This document shows positions 20,272 to 30,056 of a stretch of 59,055 nt of DNA, one piece after another. The notes below the pieces were generated by a model. The model was not told where the DNA came from. It did no database searches and saw only the letters and a list, made by a program, of their open reading frames with translations. The stretch is from a virus (lineage: Duplodnaviria > Caudoviricetes). Numbering within the stretch: the stretch's first letter is position 1; the number at the start of each line of letters is the position of its first letter. Both the position numbers and the translations under genes were made by a program. Location: positions 1 to 59,055 of the IMG/VR virus record IMGVR_UViG_3300037961_006162; one strand, written 5' to 3'.

Positions 20272-20768
20272 TATTCTTGAGGTTGTACAGTAATTTCTAG
20301 TAGTGGTCTAACTGTTAATATTGCAGAACCTGATCTAAATGGTTCATTAACAGCATTGGCAGTTGATCTTGCTGTTCCCGCAACAACTGCAGAACCAACT
20401 GGTTGAGAATATGCACTTGGCACATAGTCTACAACCAACCAAAATTCTGTTTGATTGAGACTTTGATCAAATGCATCCTCAAGAAGTAACGTTGTTGTTC
20501 CAGTACCTATAAAGTTAACACCGACAGGAGTACCATCTTCCTTTAAAGGAGAACCATCAGTCAATGCACCAAGTACACTATTATACCATTGATAAGATAG
20601 TGTTCCATCATTTGCAGCAGGATTTGCTGGAGTTTGTTCTGGAAATGATGCTGTTGCAAAACCACTAAATTGTGCGGAGTTTGCAATACTAACAGTTGCA
20701 TCTACTGGTTCTGATATAAACGCCAGAATAGGGCCATTTATATCAAGTTGAGTTTGCTTTAAGACCAT
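20271..20768 (-). CDS. Ig-like domain virion protein (looks like the N-terminal part of a split gene)
   Basis: FISEPVDATV, LSYQWY, GTGTTTLLL; ends with the first strand of a second Ig domain (LEITVQPQE). Confidence 0.65.
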   Translation of the reverse strand: MVLKQTQLDINGPILAFISEPVDATVSIANSAQFSGFATASFPEQTPANPAANDGTLSYQWYNSVLGALTDGSPLKEDGTPVGVNFIGTGTTTLLLEDAFDQSLNQTEFWLVVDYVPSAYSQPVGSAVVAGTARSTANAVNEPFRSGSAILTVRPLLEITVQPQE

Positions 20769-20777
20769 TTAACTACC

Positions 20778-23700
20778 TCACACAAAATTTTGACCAACAA
20801 CGAATGCATACCAATTAGATCCACTATCAAAGGTCTTATATCCATATATATCAGACCTACTTGCAGTTGGAGTCATGATAGGCAATAAACCTCCACCAGG
20901 CCAATGTATTCCTAAAGCAGAACCATCATTGTCCCTAATATCATCAAAATCTACAGTGTAAGTTGTTGATGCATCCTGAGTGAATTTAATAGTAAATTCA
21001 CTGCAATCTGATGGTGCATTTTCTAATGTAATTTGTGTAATATTTTCGGTGAGAGTAACCTCAAAGATTTGTGATTGTGAGAGATCTAAAGTTAATACAC
21101 CCGCAACACTACTTGAACTCAGATTACTTCTAGCAATGGTCTTAAATCTTGAAAGACCCTCAACATCAAGTTTTGCTCTTGGAGTATCAGTCCCAACACC
21201 AATATTTGAATTGCTAGTCGATAAAGTTGTTCCGGAAGTTCCAACTTTAAGGTCTGTGGTTGTAACAATACCTGCAGTAATTCTTCCAGACGAACTCTGA
21301 AGATCAAATCCTGATGCTGTTGCAACACCACTTACATTTAGATCATTCGTATCAATAATTCCAACAAACTTAGCCTCACCATTTACCTCCATAGAGGTTG
21401 TACCCATTCCAACATATCCAACTTCAAGATAATGTCTAGGAACAGAAGTTCCAATTCCAACACTATCCAAATCAGTATTGTAAATGCCATTAGGAAGTTG
21501 TGTCCATCCAAATGCATTTCCATTAATATTTGTTAAACCAGAGCCATCTCCATTAATAGTTGATCCTGCTGCAACATATATTGATCCATTAAGATTAGAT
21601 TCTCCAACAACATGGAGAGCATAACCATTCGCAGTAGTTCCAATTCCAACACCATCAGCATCTACACAGAAGAGTGATGTTCCAGATCCAACTTTTAACT
21701 TACAATCTCCAGGACTTGTGGTTGCAATTCCGACTTGATCAAAAATTCCAATATCAATATCTTTAGATAGACTTACAGATCCAAATCGATACCAATCATT
21801 ATCAACGGTATAAATCCAACCAACATATCCACCTTTAGATGGGTTTGCATAATAAACAACATCTCCAGGGTTGCCTGCCGATGAAGGAGTAGAAATACCA
21901 ACAGTATACTTTCTTGATATTGTCGTATCACCTTGAATGAATAATGAATTGGATTCAATTCCTTTATCTGAGGTAGATGTAATTTTGTTATTAAAAATAA
22001 CAGGTCCGTTGAATTCTGATGTTGCAGTTCCATCATCACCACCCTCAACCTTAATTGAGCGAGTGAATAATCCTTCAATTGGGGTAATAACATTAATACC
22101 CTTCAGAATGCTAATATCTTCACCTGTTATAGTTTGAACTGGAGTATCAAAGATTTCTTCTTTACCAGTAATCGTACTTAACTTCTTGTTTCCTGCATAA
22201 GAGATACCTCTATCATTCATTCCGGTGTAGAAATTAATTCCACCCTCTCTCTTAGTCGATTGTGCTAATAACTCTTCTTGGGGCGAAATTTGACGATCTT
22301 GCTTGTCTGGGAATGCTGTTGAGTAGTTACCAGGACCGAAACCAACATATTCAAAAGTATGGCCAGAAGCACGAGAAATAGAGTGTCTTCTTAATTCAAT
22401 TGGTTCGACTTTAATTTTTCTGACAACAGAATTAACTGAGTGGTCAGTTGCCTTAGATCCAAGAACTCCACGGAAAACTTCTATTGGGTTTGCTGGTGGA
22501 TTAGATACTGTTGTTTTGATTCTCATAACTTCAGAACCAACTTCAAGATAATCTCCAATCTTTAAATCTAAAGTTGAAATATTCAAAAGAGAGACAGAAT
22601 CTATTGTTGCACTGGAAATAGATGTAATCAAAGTAGTAGTAATGCCTGCATAAACTGCATTCATTCTACCATCAATATTTTCCTTATTTTCAGTTATATT
22701 TCCTTGGTTTGAAGTTATACCTCTTCTATATCCATATAAAGTTCCTGTAGCTGTTGGAGAATAAGTTCCAATTCCAAGATTTAGTTCAAATGAGGTTCCA
22801 GCAGTACCTACAACCTCAGTAACAGGAAAATCTCCATTATAAATTGATTCGTTAGCACCAACGATACGGACAACATTATCTACTCTTAATCCGTGCTTAT
22901 TGGCAGAAAATACTGTTGCAATTCCAGTCTGATGATCATAAGTCAAAGAATTGATTCTGACAGATTCGCCAGTCAAATATGCAAAAGCATCTGTTACAAA
23001 TGCTGCACCAATTCCTGCTGCTGATCCAGATCCAACAGGATATGCAGATTCAACACTAAATGATTTTGCTGCACCAATATTAACACCTGTAATTCTATAG
23101 AGATCATTAAATGGAGAATATGCTTCAGATGTTACTCCAATAACTTTAACAGTATCTCCAATATTATCATAAATTTGAGTAACTTCTACAATGGCATCAC
23201 TATAAGTTCCACCACCATAAGTTCCAAATGTGGTAACTCCAGTGATTTTCATTGTATTACCAATACCATATGCACTACCACCATCCATGATAACAATATT
23301 GGTTATAGTACCAGCTGCATCAACAGATACTTTTGCTGTGGCATGTGAACCAGTGGTTGATCCTGCAAGTCCTACAAGTGTTGCATTATAAAGTTCTTCA
23401 GCAGAACCACCACCAGAACCATATCCACTACCAGCAGAAACAATGTTGACTTGAGTTATTCTATTAAGTCCATGATCAATAGATGTACTTACAACATGAT
23501 TAGAAGATGATTCTGATTGGATGTCTGTAATACCAACGCCAACAAAACCTTCAGAAATCTTTTTATTAATTGTTTCCCTAGTAATACTATTTTTATTATC
23601 GTCAACGACAACTTCACCAACAAGGGAATTTGATGCAAACGATACCGTTGCCTCAGGATCAGATTTTGGATCATCTCTATTTGTTTGTGGATAGAATTCT

Positions 23701-26633
23701 CTTACAGGTTGTGAGAATTTTTCTTCAGTAAATGGAGTAGCTGTTGGTGCGTTTGATGCATTGACGACGGACATATAGTAAACGCCATCTTGCTCACCTG
23801 GAACATATGGTCTAACTTCTTGATCCCTATAAACGTAGTAAACGTTTTTATATTTTTTTCTCTTGAAATATGGGAGAGAAGTATTTCTTTGTGAAGTATT
23901 ATTTGTAAAAGATCCAGGATCAGTAGTTAAAGTAAAAGTAAACTCTTTAGCATTATTAATTTCAGTTACAGTAAATGTTCCATTGAATCCAGAATTAGGA
24001 TCACCAGATGTGTTATTTGCACTTGTAATGTTTAAAATTTCTACTTGAGATCCAACAGACAAATCATGAGGAAGTTCTGTAGTGATAGTTGAAGTATCTG
24101 ATAACCAACTTGCATTAGCAATTATTTTGAAATTTCTCTGTTGGTTTTCATTTGTGATAGATCCAGTGCCAAAATAAGTTTGAATTTCTGTGTTACTAGA
24201 TCCAATAGAAGAACCAGACTCTTGAACAATGAATCCCTCGACTGGTGGTCTTCCTACTACTCCACCAGTATCTTTAGGAATAACATATCTTAAGCGATAT
24301 ACTGTATCAACCGCATTTCTAGAGTCAGATTTACGGTTGATAAATGTTCTTGGAGTTGAAGGACCAAGATCAGTAAATCCAATTCCAATAATATTTGGAT
24401 AAATCGTATTCTCCGTTGCTGCTGTTGCAACCTTAACATACCACTGAGAGTTTGTAGTATCAAATTGAATCGGGTGTCCGATATCACCAGAGTTCTTATC
24501 AGATACTCTACTAATAACTTTTAATTCTGCGCCAAGAGTATTGAATGTTAAATTATTTGGGCTTGCTACTTGATGTGATAGTGCATCATTTTGGGTTTTT
24601 GCAACTTTAATCTGACTGCTAGAAAGTCCTGAGTCAGTATCGTCAGTAATTGCAAAATATACTCTATTATTTTCTAATCCATCTGGAATTTGTCCTGTGG
24701 ATCCTTGTATACGAATAGATTCGCCTGATAAAAAGGTATGTGGACTATCAAAAGTTAAAATATTTGATGCATTTGTAGTAACTGCAAAACTCTTTTCAGA
24801 ACTTGATTCTGATCCAGGCATTACAATTCTAGAACTGTGTTGAGTTACAGTTCCAGCAGAAGATAAAAGAACATTTAATTGATCATTTTCTCTTGCACCG
24901 ATCCTATATCCATCAACAACGTTTTGTGGAGGAACATCTGGATTTGTTTGATTATAAAGATAAAGATTAGATACCGATGCTACACCAACAGTTTTTTCTG
25001 TATCAATAGAGTTAAATTCAATTGCAGTTTCTACAGTTGAAATTTCTTTTGGTGGAATAATGTGAGTGATGTAACCTAGATCATCCTGAGTGAAAGAATT
25101 TGTTCTAAATCCTGATGCAACAAGAGCTTTTGCTCCGAAGTTAGAGTTAGAGTTGGTGATTGACATATCACCACCATTTTCAACCACAAAATGTTCAGCA
25201 AATCCAATAGCAAAGATAGATACGCTTTGAATAAACGCACTATTTGTTACTTTGATATGGAAGTTTTTATATGATGGTTTAAAAACTGCTCTAGAATTAT
25301 TGCTAAGAGTTTCATTTCCAGGAGTTGAAGCATCCTCATATGTTCCACTATTTGAATTAAAGAGAACGAATGCGTTATCATCCTTTTGAAGACCAATACC
25401 AGTAAACTGGGCAACAACCATAGACTTAAATCCAGTGGATTTGTTTCCATCGGCTATAAGTCCACACATACCAAAAACAGATCTCAGAGAAACGTTGAAG
25501 ATATATGGCGATGCTCCGGTTACAGTATCAGATGAAAGTGAAAGTGTAGATCCTGCTACTGTTGGAAGTGCATCCACAGGAGGATTTTGTACAGTATACG
25601 TAATTTGAGTATCATTTAATCTTTCACTAACCACAAACTGACCATTATAACCAGGTGAAGAAATTCCTTGTACTCTAAATGGAGTGTCTACATCAAGACC
25701 CTCAACAGATTCATCTGTAGTTACAGTGATAATCGTTGATGACTCAATACCAGTACCTGCTTTAATACTAGAAATTCCAACTGAACGTCCGGTAGATCCT
25801 ACAATACGATATTCATCAATTTTTGGTTGAATGTCAAGAGCTGCTGATGGATAATCTGGTTCAATTGAACGTCCAGAAGCGGGACCATAAGCAATACCAA
25901 CCTTCTCATAATACATATCCAAATCAGTGCGAGTAGTACTATAAATCTGGAACTCGTCACTAATACTTACACCATTAACTCCATCAGCATACTCAAAACA
26001 AGACAGTTTGTGGTGAGAGAAGTTAGGGACGAAAGTATTGATAGTATAATCTTTGAATGCTACGCCATTTGGATCAGCATCAAATATTGAAAACTGCCAG
26101 AAATAGCAACCACCAGTTACTCTAAAAATGGAAGCTCTTTCAATATTGTCATTGGTTGGATTTGGAACATACTTTGGTCTAATCTTAGTTTTACGAAGAT
26201 CTAAACCAACAATAGAGGTGCCTCTCGGAACAATTACACCACCATGAATACTATTAAGCTTATAAAGGTCATTATTTGGACTTTCCAAATCAAAATTTGA
26301 CGTTGAGTCAAATGGAGACAAAGAACTTGATGTTGTTCCATTTCTCAATCTAAAGTTTCCCAAACCATCAGGAATCCATCCTGGACGGTTATCAATAGTA
26401 TGTTCTCCCGGATAAACTAGAATTGTTGTTTTTCCAAATCTATCATTATTGAGACCTCTCTGATAAGAAAATCTTGCCGATTCTATCAGTGCTCTCTGAA
26501 TGGTTTTGAATGGTCTAGCAAGAGAATTTCCTTGATTTTCAATACTATCTGTTGCATCCAAATCATTTGGATTAACATACAGAATTGTTCCTCTAGCTGA
26601 CTTTAAAAAATTATCTAATCTGGAGAGACCCAT
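20778..26633 (-). CDS. Large conserved cyanomyovirus structural/fibre protein (1951 aa)
   Basis: ILYVNPND...PFKTIQRA start, GTSIVGLDLR beta-helix entry, VGIGT repeats, C-terminal fibre domain. Confidence 0.75.
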   Translation of the reverse strand: MGLSRLDNFLKSARGTILYVNPNDLDATDSIENQGNSLARPFKTIQRALIESARFSYQRGLNNDRFGKTTILVYPGEHTIDNRPGWIPDGLGNFRLRNGTTSSSLSPFDSTSNFDLESPNNDLYKLNSIHGGVIVPRGTSIVGLDLRKTKIRPKYVPNPTNDNIERASIFRVTGGCYFWQFSIFDADPNGVAFKDYTINTFVPNFSHHKLSCFEYADGVNGVSISDEFQIYSTTRTDLDMYYEKVGIAYGPASGRSIEPDYPSAALDIQPKIDEYRIVGSTGRSVGISSIKAGTGIESSTIITVTTDESVEGLDVDTPFRVQGISSPGYNGQFVVSERLNDTQITYTVQNPPVDALPTVAGSTLSLSSDTVTGASPYIFNVSLRSVFGMCGLIADGNKSTGFKSMVVAQFTGIGLQKDDNAFVLFNSNSGTYEDASTPGNETLSNNSRAVFKPSYKNFHIKVTNSAFIQSVSIFAIGFAEHFVVENGGDMSITNSNSNFGAKALVASGFRTNSFTQDDLGYITHIIPPKEISTVETAIEFNSIDTEKTVGVASVSNLYLYNQTNPDVPPQNVVDGYRIGARENDQLNVLLSSAGTVTQHSSRIVMPGSESSSEKSFAVTTNASNILTFDSPHTFLSGESIRIQGSTGQIPDGLENNRVYFAITDDTDSGLSSSQIKVAKTQNDALSHQVASPNNLTFNTLGAELKVISRVSDKNSGDIGHPIQFDTTNSQWYVKVATAATENTIYPNIIGIGFTDLGPSTPRTFINRKSDSRNAVDTVYRLRYVIPKDTGGVVGRPPVEGFIVQESGSSIGSSNTEIQTYFGTGSITNENQQRNFKIIANASWLSDTSTITTELPHDLSVGSQVEILNITSANNTSGDPNSGFNGTFTVTEINNAKEFTFTLTTDPGSFTNNTSQRNTSLPYFKRKKYKNVYYVYRDQEVRPYVPGEQDGVYYMSVVNASNAPTATPFTEEKFSQPVREFYPQTNRDDPKSDPEATVSFASNSLVGEVVVDDNKNSITRETINKKISEGFVGVGITDIQSESSSNHVVSTSIDHGLNRITQVNIVSAGSGYGSGGGSAEELYNATLVGLAGSTTGSHATAKVSVDAAGTITNIVIMDGGSAYGIGNTMKITGVTTFGTYGGGTYSDAIVEVTQIYDNIGDTVKVIGVTSEAYSPFNDLYRITGVNIGAAKSFSVESAYPVGSGSAAGIGAAFVTDAFAYLTGESVRINSLTYDHQTGIATVFSANKHGLRVDNVVRIVGANESIYNGDFPVTEVVGTAGTSFELNLGIGTYSPTATGTLYGYRRGITSNQGNITENKENIDGRMNAVYAGITTTLITSISSATIDSVSLLNISTLDLKIGDYLEVGSEVMRIKTTVSNPPANPIEVFRGVLGSKATDHSVNSVVRKIKVEPIELRRHSISRASGHTFEYVGFGPGNYSTAFPDKQDRQISPQEELLAQSTKREGGINFYTGMNDRGISYAGNKKLSTITGKEEIFDTPVQTITGEDISILKGINVITPIEGLFTRSIKVEGGDDGTATSEFNGPVIFNNKITSTSDKGIESNSLFIQGDTTISRKYTVGISTPSSAGNPGDVVYYANPSKGGYVGWIYTVDNDWYRFGSVSLSKDIDIGIFDQVGIATTSPGDCKLKVGSGTSLFCVDADGVGIGTTANGYALHVVGESNLNGSIYVAAGSTINGDGSGLTNINGNAFGWTQLPNGIYNTDLDSVGIGTSVPRHYLEVGYVGMGTTSMEVNGEAKFVGIIDTNDLNVSGVATASGFDLQSSSGRITAGIVTTTDLKVGTSGTTLSTSNSNIGVGTDTPRAKLDVEGLSRFKTIARSNLSSSSVAGVLTLDLSQSQIFEVTLTENITQITLENAPSDCSEFTIKFTQDASTTYTVDFDDIRDNDGSALGIHWPGGGLLPIMTPTASRSDIYGYKTFDSGSNWYAFVVGQNFV

Positions 26634-26663
26634 CTTATTCGTACTATAGTTCCTGTTATGGAT

Positions 26664-26670
26664 TATTTAT
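26664..26670 (-). promoter_or_regulatory. T4-like late promoter (ATAAATA)
   Basis: Between the terminator and the ATG at 26633. Confidence 0.65.
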
Positions 26671-26674
26671 CCAT

Positions 26675-26697
26675 AAAAAAACCTCCCAGTAGGAGGT
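26675..26697 (-). terminator. Rho-independent terminator closing the tRNA island
   Basis: ACCTCC-TACTG-GGAGGT hairpin followed by a T run on the minus strand. Confidence 0.75.
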
Positions 26698-26745
26698 CAG
26701 AATGCACAATGTGCCACTATTCACACGGAAGGAACTTATATTATA

Positions 26746-26928
26746 TTACCTCTCTTTTGGTTTGTCAAGTATATATTCAACTGTATTAGCAACATCGTCC
26801 ATAGCATGTCTTAAGTCTTCTTGTTGACCTGAGTGCTGTTCAAGTTTTGTCACTCCATTTTTAAACTCTTCACAAAGAGTCCATCTCCACTGTTGCATAC
26901 TTTTGGAATACCAAAGGTTAATTTTCAT
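26746..26928 (-). CDS. Hypothetical protein
   Basis: 60-aa ORF with GAGG SD; WYSKSMQQWRWTL. Confidence 0.7.
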   Translation of the reverse strand: MKINLWYSKSMQQWRWTLCEEFKNGVTKLEQHSGQQEDLRHAMDDVANTVEYILDKPKER

Positions 26929-26942
26929 AATACCTCTTAATA

Positions 26943-27016
26943 AGCCAACTAACGGACTTGAACCGTTGACCTGAGCTTTACAAAAACCCTGCTCTATCCA
27001 GCTGAGCTAAGTTGGC
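26943..27016 (-). tRNA. tRNA-Thr(UGU)
   Basis: GCCAACT/AGTTGGC acceptor stem, anticodon loop TTTGTAA, GTTCAAGTC T-loop; no encoded CCA. Confidence 0.92.
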
Positions 27017-27018
27017 AG

Positions 27019-27291
27019 TCAATCTACAGGCAATAGTTCTGGATTTTCTAATTCTAGTTCATACATCATTGGGTGACACTCTTCCATCATCAAATACATT
27101 GATGCACGATACATGTCTTCCGCAGTCCACCTGCGATAAGAATTTGCTAGTTGTATTACACTTGGATTTTGTCTAGCAAGTTCAGGGAGTTCATCAAAAG
27201 TAAATGGAATATTCTGAATCAAATATAACAATACTAGATGATCTCCCTCATGATCATACCAAGCATATTTCGTGTCTATGCGGTATTTCAT
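27019..27291 (-). CDS. Hypothetical protein
   Basis: 90-aa ORF between two tRNAs. Confidence 0.7.
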   Translation of the reverse strand: MKYRIDTKYAWYDHEGDHLVLLYLIQNIPFTFDELPELARQNPSVIQLANSYRRWTAEDMYRASMYLMMEECHPMMYELELENPELLPVD

Positions 27292-27325
27292 GGGTTTATC
27301 GGATACCCCACTATATTTAGGGTAA

Positions 27326-27410
27326 TGCGAGTGGGGGGACTTGAACCCCCACGACTTTAACAGTCAACAGATTTTAAGTCTGGTGCGTCTACCGATTCCG
27401 CCACACTCGC
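27326..27410 (-). tRNA. tRNA-Leu(UAA)
   Basis: GCGAGTG/CACTCGC acceptor stem, anticodon loop CTTAAAA, long variable arm, GTTCAAGTC; no intron, no CCA. Confidence 0.93.
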
Positions 27411-27416
27411 AAAAAA

Positions 27417-27572
27417 TCACTCCCCTTCCCAGGTAGGAGGATTCAGACGGCAATACTCATTGAACGTGATTTTCATCTCCTTGTCCGTCAGATTGCAGTT
27501 CCTTGCTGCTTTGGGTAAATTCCATTTCGCTGCGAATAACATTTCCATAGATTGTCGGGTTTCTGGTCTCAT
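27417..27572 (-). CDS. Small hypothetical protein (51 aa, possible HTH-like)
   Basis: Hand translation MRPETRQSMEMLFAAKWNLPKAARNCNLTDKEMKITFNEYCRLNPPTWEGE. Confidence 0.6.
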   Translation of the reverse strand: MRPETRQSMEMLFAAKWNLPKAARNCNLTDKEMKITFNEYCRLNPPTWEGE

Positions 27573-27696
27573 AATCGTAGCACTCTAGAATTTTTTTGTA
27601 AAGATCTGACGAATAATAATTCATAAAAAAGTAATAGGAGCAAAATTTTTGCCGGATTTTTTTACCCCCAAAAATGGAAGCTAAAGCTAATTTTGC

Positions 27697-27879
27697 TCAG
27701 AGGGGATTGGTATACGCAAGTGTGTCTTCGTCCAGGTTATCACGGCAGAGTTCAAGCACTGCCATGAACTGATCCACGGTATCGCAATCCACGACACGTT
27801 CTTCACCTTCATTGGAGTAGAGGAAGAACTTACGGGACACGGGATCCACAACGCATCGTGTGAGGTACTCGTCTTGCAT
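27697..27879 (-). CDS. Hypothetical protein
   Basis: First ORF after a perfect sigma70 promoter. Confidence 0.7.
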   Translation of the reverse strand: MQDEYLTRCVVDPVSRKFFLYSNEGEERVVDCDTVDQFMAVLELCRDNLDEDTLAYTNPL

Positions 27880-27902
27880 GGGGTTCGTTTGATTACCTAG
27901 TT

Positions 27903-27931
27903 ATTATAGGGTGTCCTGGGTCTGCTGTCAA
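27903..27931 (-). promoter_or_regulatory. Perfect sigma70-type (host RNA polymerase) promoter
   Basis: TTGACA-N17-TATAAT. Confidence 0.85.
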
Positions 27932-27932
27932 C

Positions 27933-28577
27933 CTATTTGTTGTGAGTGTATTGAGAGTTGTCTCCAGGATAATCATCGATGGTCGTACCCTCATATTCTA
28001 CGATTAATTTCTCACCATCTTTTCTCTCTGCATGAACAAGATAGAAACAATCAATTGCTGATGCATTGCCAGATTTAATTTTAATTCTAGATGATCCATC
28101 AATATCATCAACAATCAGATCTTGAGTTGTCTTGATTTGAGTTAAAGTTACCGTGATCGTTTCTGCATCAACGAGGCCTCTCCAATATTCAGGTAGTTCA
28201 ATGACATTCTTACCTGTCAACCTACCACGATAGTAAACTCCTGCTTCTGGACCCTCTAAACAAACGTGTCTGAGTCTCCATCCATCTTTGGTTGGGTGAG
28301 GAATATCAAAGTCTTTTCTTGAGGTAAGGGTAATGCCACCAGCACTCACTTCATTAGCAATTACATCCCCTTCTACATTCACATCACCACCATTGACAAC
28401 ATTAATGGCATCAAATTTTCCCTTTACTTGAAGGAATATATCACAAGCATCATCAGGATAATCATCATCTCCTGTAGTTGTTCTATGAATATAATCAAAA
28501 CTAGGATGTTTAACTCCAGTTACTGGATCATCACAATTATTATTTTTAGTATCTTTTTTTACAAATTGACCTGCCAT
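27933..28577 (-). CDS. Spike-associated protein with C-terminal intramolecular-chaperone-like domain
   Basis: KDFDIPHPTKDGWRLRHVCLEGPEAGVYYRG; paralog of 28589..29380. Confidence 0.6.
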   Translation of the reverse strand: MAGQFVKKDTKNNNCDDPVTGVKHPSFDYIHRTTTGDDDYPDDACDIFLQVKGKFDAINVVNGGDVNVEGDVIANEVSAGGITLTSRKDFDIPHPTKDGWRLRHVCLEGPEAGVYYRGRLTGKNVIELPEYWRGLVDAETITVTLTQIKTTQDLIVDDIDGSSRIKIKSGNASAIDCFYLVHAERKDGEKLIVEYEGTTIDDYPGDNSQYTHNK

Positions 28578-28588
28578 GTTGAATCTCC

Positions 28589-29380
28589 TTATTTTTTACG
28601 ATCGTAGTGGTATCCAGAAACAGAATATTCATCATTGTTTCCTGGATAATCTGCTGGGCTCTGACCTTCATATTCTGGAATAAGTCTTTCGCCATCAGCA
28701 CGGGTTCCATAGATGTGATAGAAACAATCAATGGGCATACCACCTTTTGATTGAAGATGAATCTTGTCTTCATCAATTCGTTTTACAATTACATCTTGAT
28801 GAGATCCGATTGGAGTAAGATTAACTGTAATAGTTGTCCAATCAACCAAGTTTTTCCAATATGCTGGAAGAACTATTTCTTTTTTACCCGACACTCTACC
28901 ACGATAGTAAACATCGTTTGATGGTCCTTCTGGACAGGTATGGCGAAGTCTCCATCCTTCTTTAGTTGGGTGAGGAATATCAAAGTTTTTCTTTGCAGAT
29001 AAGATATGTCCACCACAACGGGACATTACTTCTCCTTGAGCAAGGAGATTGCCTCCAACAGTCACATCTGCATTTGTTTGAACCGCATCCATAAATCCTG
29101 CAGCACCACTCACTGCTAGTGAAAATGGATTTGCTACACCACCATAACAATTTCCACCCGGAATAAATGGTGTTTTTGAATCTGGATCAGGGTTTGATAA
29201 GGGACCAATATTGACTGTTGCATATGCTGTAGGGAATGTTGTAGAGGTTCCAAAAACAATTGGCCCTTCAGCATACATTGATCCATTAATTTTTTTATTA
29301 CCTTCTCCAATAGCAGGAACAAGACCTTGACCAGTTTTTAATTGGCCACCAACCATAAGATCGTCGAAATTAAATGACAT
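28589..29380 (-). CDS. Spike-associated protein with C-terminal intramolecular-chaperone-like domain
   Basis: KNFDIPHPTKEGWRLRHTCPEGPSNDVYYRG. Confidence 0.6.
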   Translation of the reverse strand: MSFNFDDLMVGGQLKTGQGLVPAIGEGNKKINGSMYAEGPIVFGTSTTFPTAYATVNIGPLSNPDPDSKTPFIPGGNCYGGVANPFSLAVSGAAGFMDAVQTNADVTVGGNLLAQGEVMSRCGGHILSAKKNFDIPHPTKEGWRLRHTCPEGPSNDVYYRGRVSGKKEIVLPAYWKNLVDWTTITVNLTPIGSHQDVIVKRIDEDKIHLQSKGGMPIDCFYHIYGTRADGERLIPEYEGQSPADYPGNNDEYSVSGYHYDRKK

Positions 29381-29389
29381 TTTTACTCC

Positions 29390-30022
29390 TTATACTTTTA
29401 CACACTGTTTTTGAAAACTTTGTCCACCAACTTTAGAATCTTTAACTGAACATGCATCAGTGACTCCACGAATTATAGAAGAATACATTTTTAAGCATCC
29501 ATTAGCACAAACTTCTCCAGTTCCGGGAGAAACAATTTTATAACTTGTGGATGCAGTAACCAAAAACTTTTTAGAATCACATAAAATATTTTCAGTTGCT
29601 GTTATCTGAACATTACCTTTAGAACCACCTTCACCAACAGCAACTAATTCAATATCAGTTCCCTGCAATCTGATTTTACCATTGGTTGCAACAATAGTTA
29701 TATTACCATTTTTTGCATTCAATAGCAAACTATCTTGTGCTTCTTCATTAGCAGACCCACACTCAAGTTGAAAACTTCCGGGAGAGGTTGATGATGTCCA
29801 ACCTTTTCTTGGACCATCAATATCCAGAGAAAGTTGATGAGTACCATCAGGAGTATTAAGTAAAACTCCTGCAGTCACATCTCCTTGTTTATGAATCTGG
29901 CCAAAACTGATTGATCCTTTATCATTTCCATACGTTAAGGCAGTGTAGTTTTGCTTAGCAGTATCTGTACGATTTTCTGAACCAGCTAATCGATCATTAT
30001 CAGAATGTCTTGGGATGGCCAT
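29390..30022 (-). CDS. Putative gp5-like C-terminal beta-helix/spike protein
   Basis: Short beta-strand repeats (AKNGNITIVATNGKIRLQGTDIELVA); located downstream of the gp5 OB-fold gene. Confidence 0.45.
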   Translation of the reverse strand: MAIPRHSDNDRLAGSENRTDTAKQNYTALTYGNDKGSISFGQIHKQGDVTAGVLLNTPDGTHQLSLDIDGPRKGWTSSTSPGSFQLECGSANEEAQDSLLLNAKNGNITIVATNGKIRLQGTDIELVAVGEGGSKGNVQITATENILCDSKKFLVTASTSYKIVSPGTGEVCANGCLKMYSSIIRGVTDACSVKDSKVGGQSFQKQCVKV

Positions 30023-30056
30023 TGGTTATTTGCTTATAGAGAACTATTTAATCGAT

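Noticed and set aside
1-26633. Diversity-generating retroelement acting on fibres
   Set aside because: No reverse transcriptase and no template/variable repeat pair differing only at adenines was seen; the 40-bp repeat is identical and in frame in both genes.
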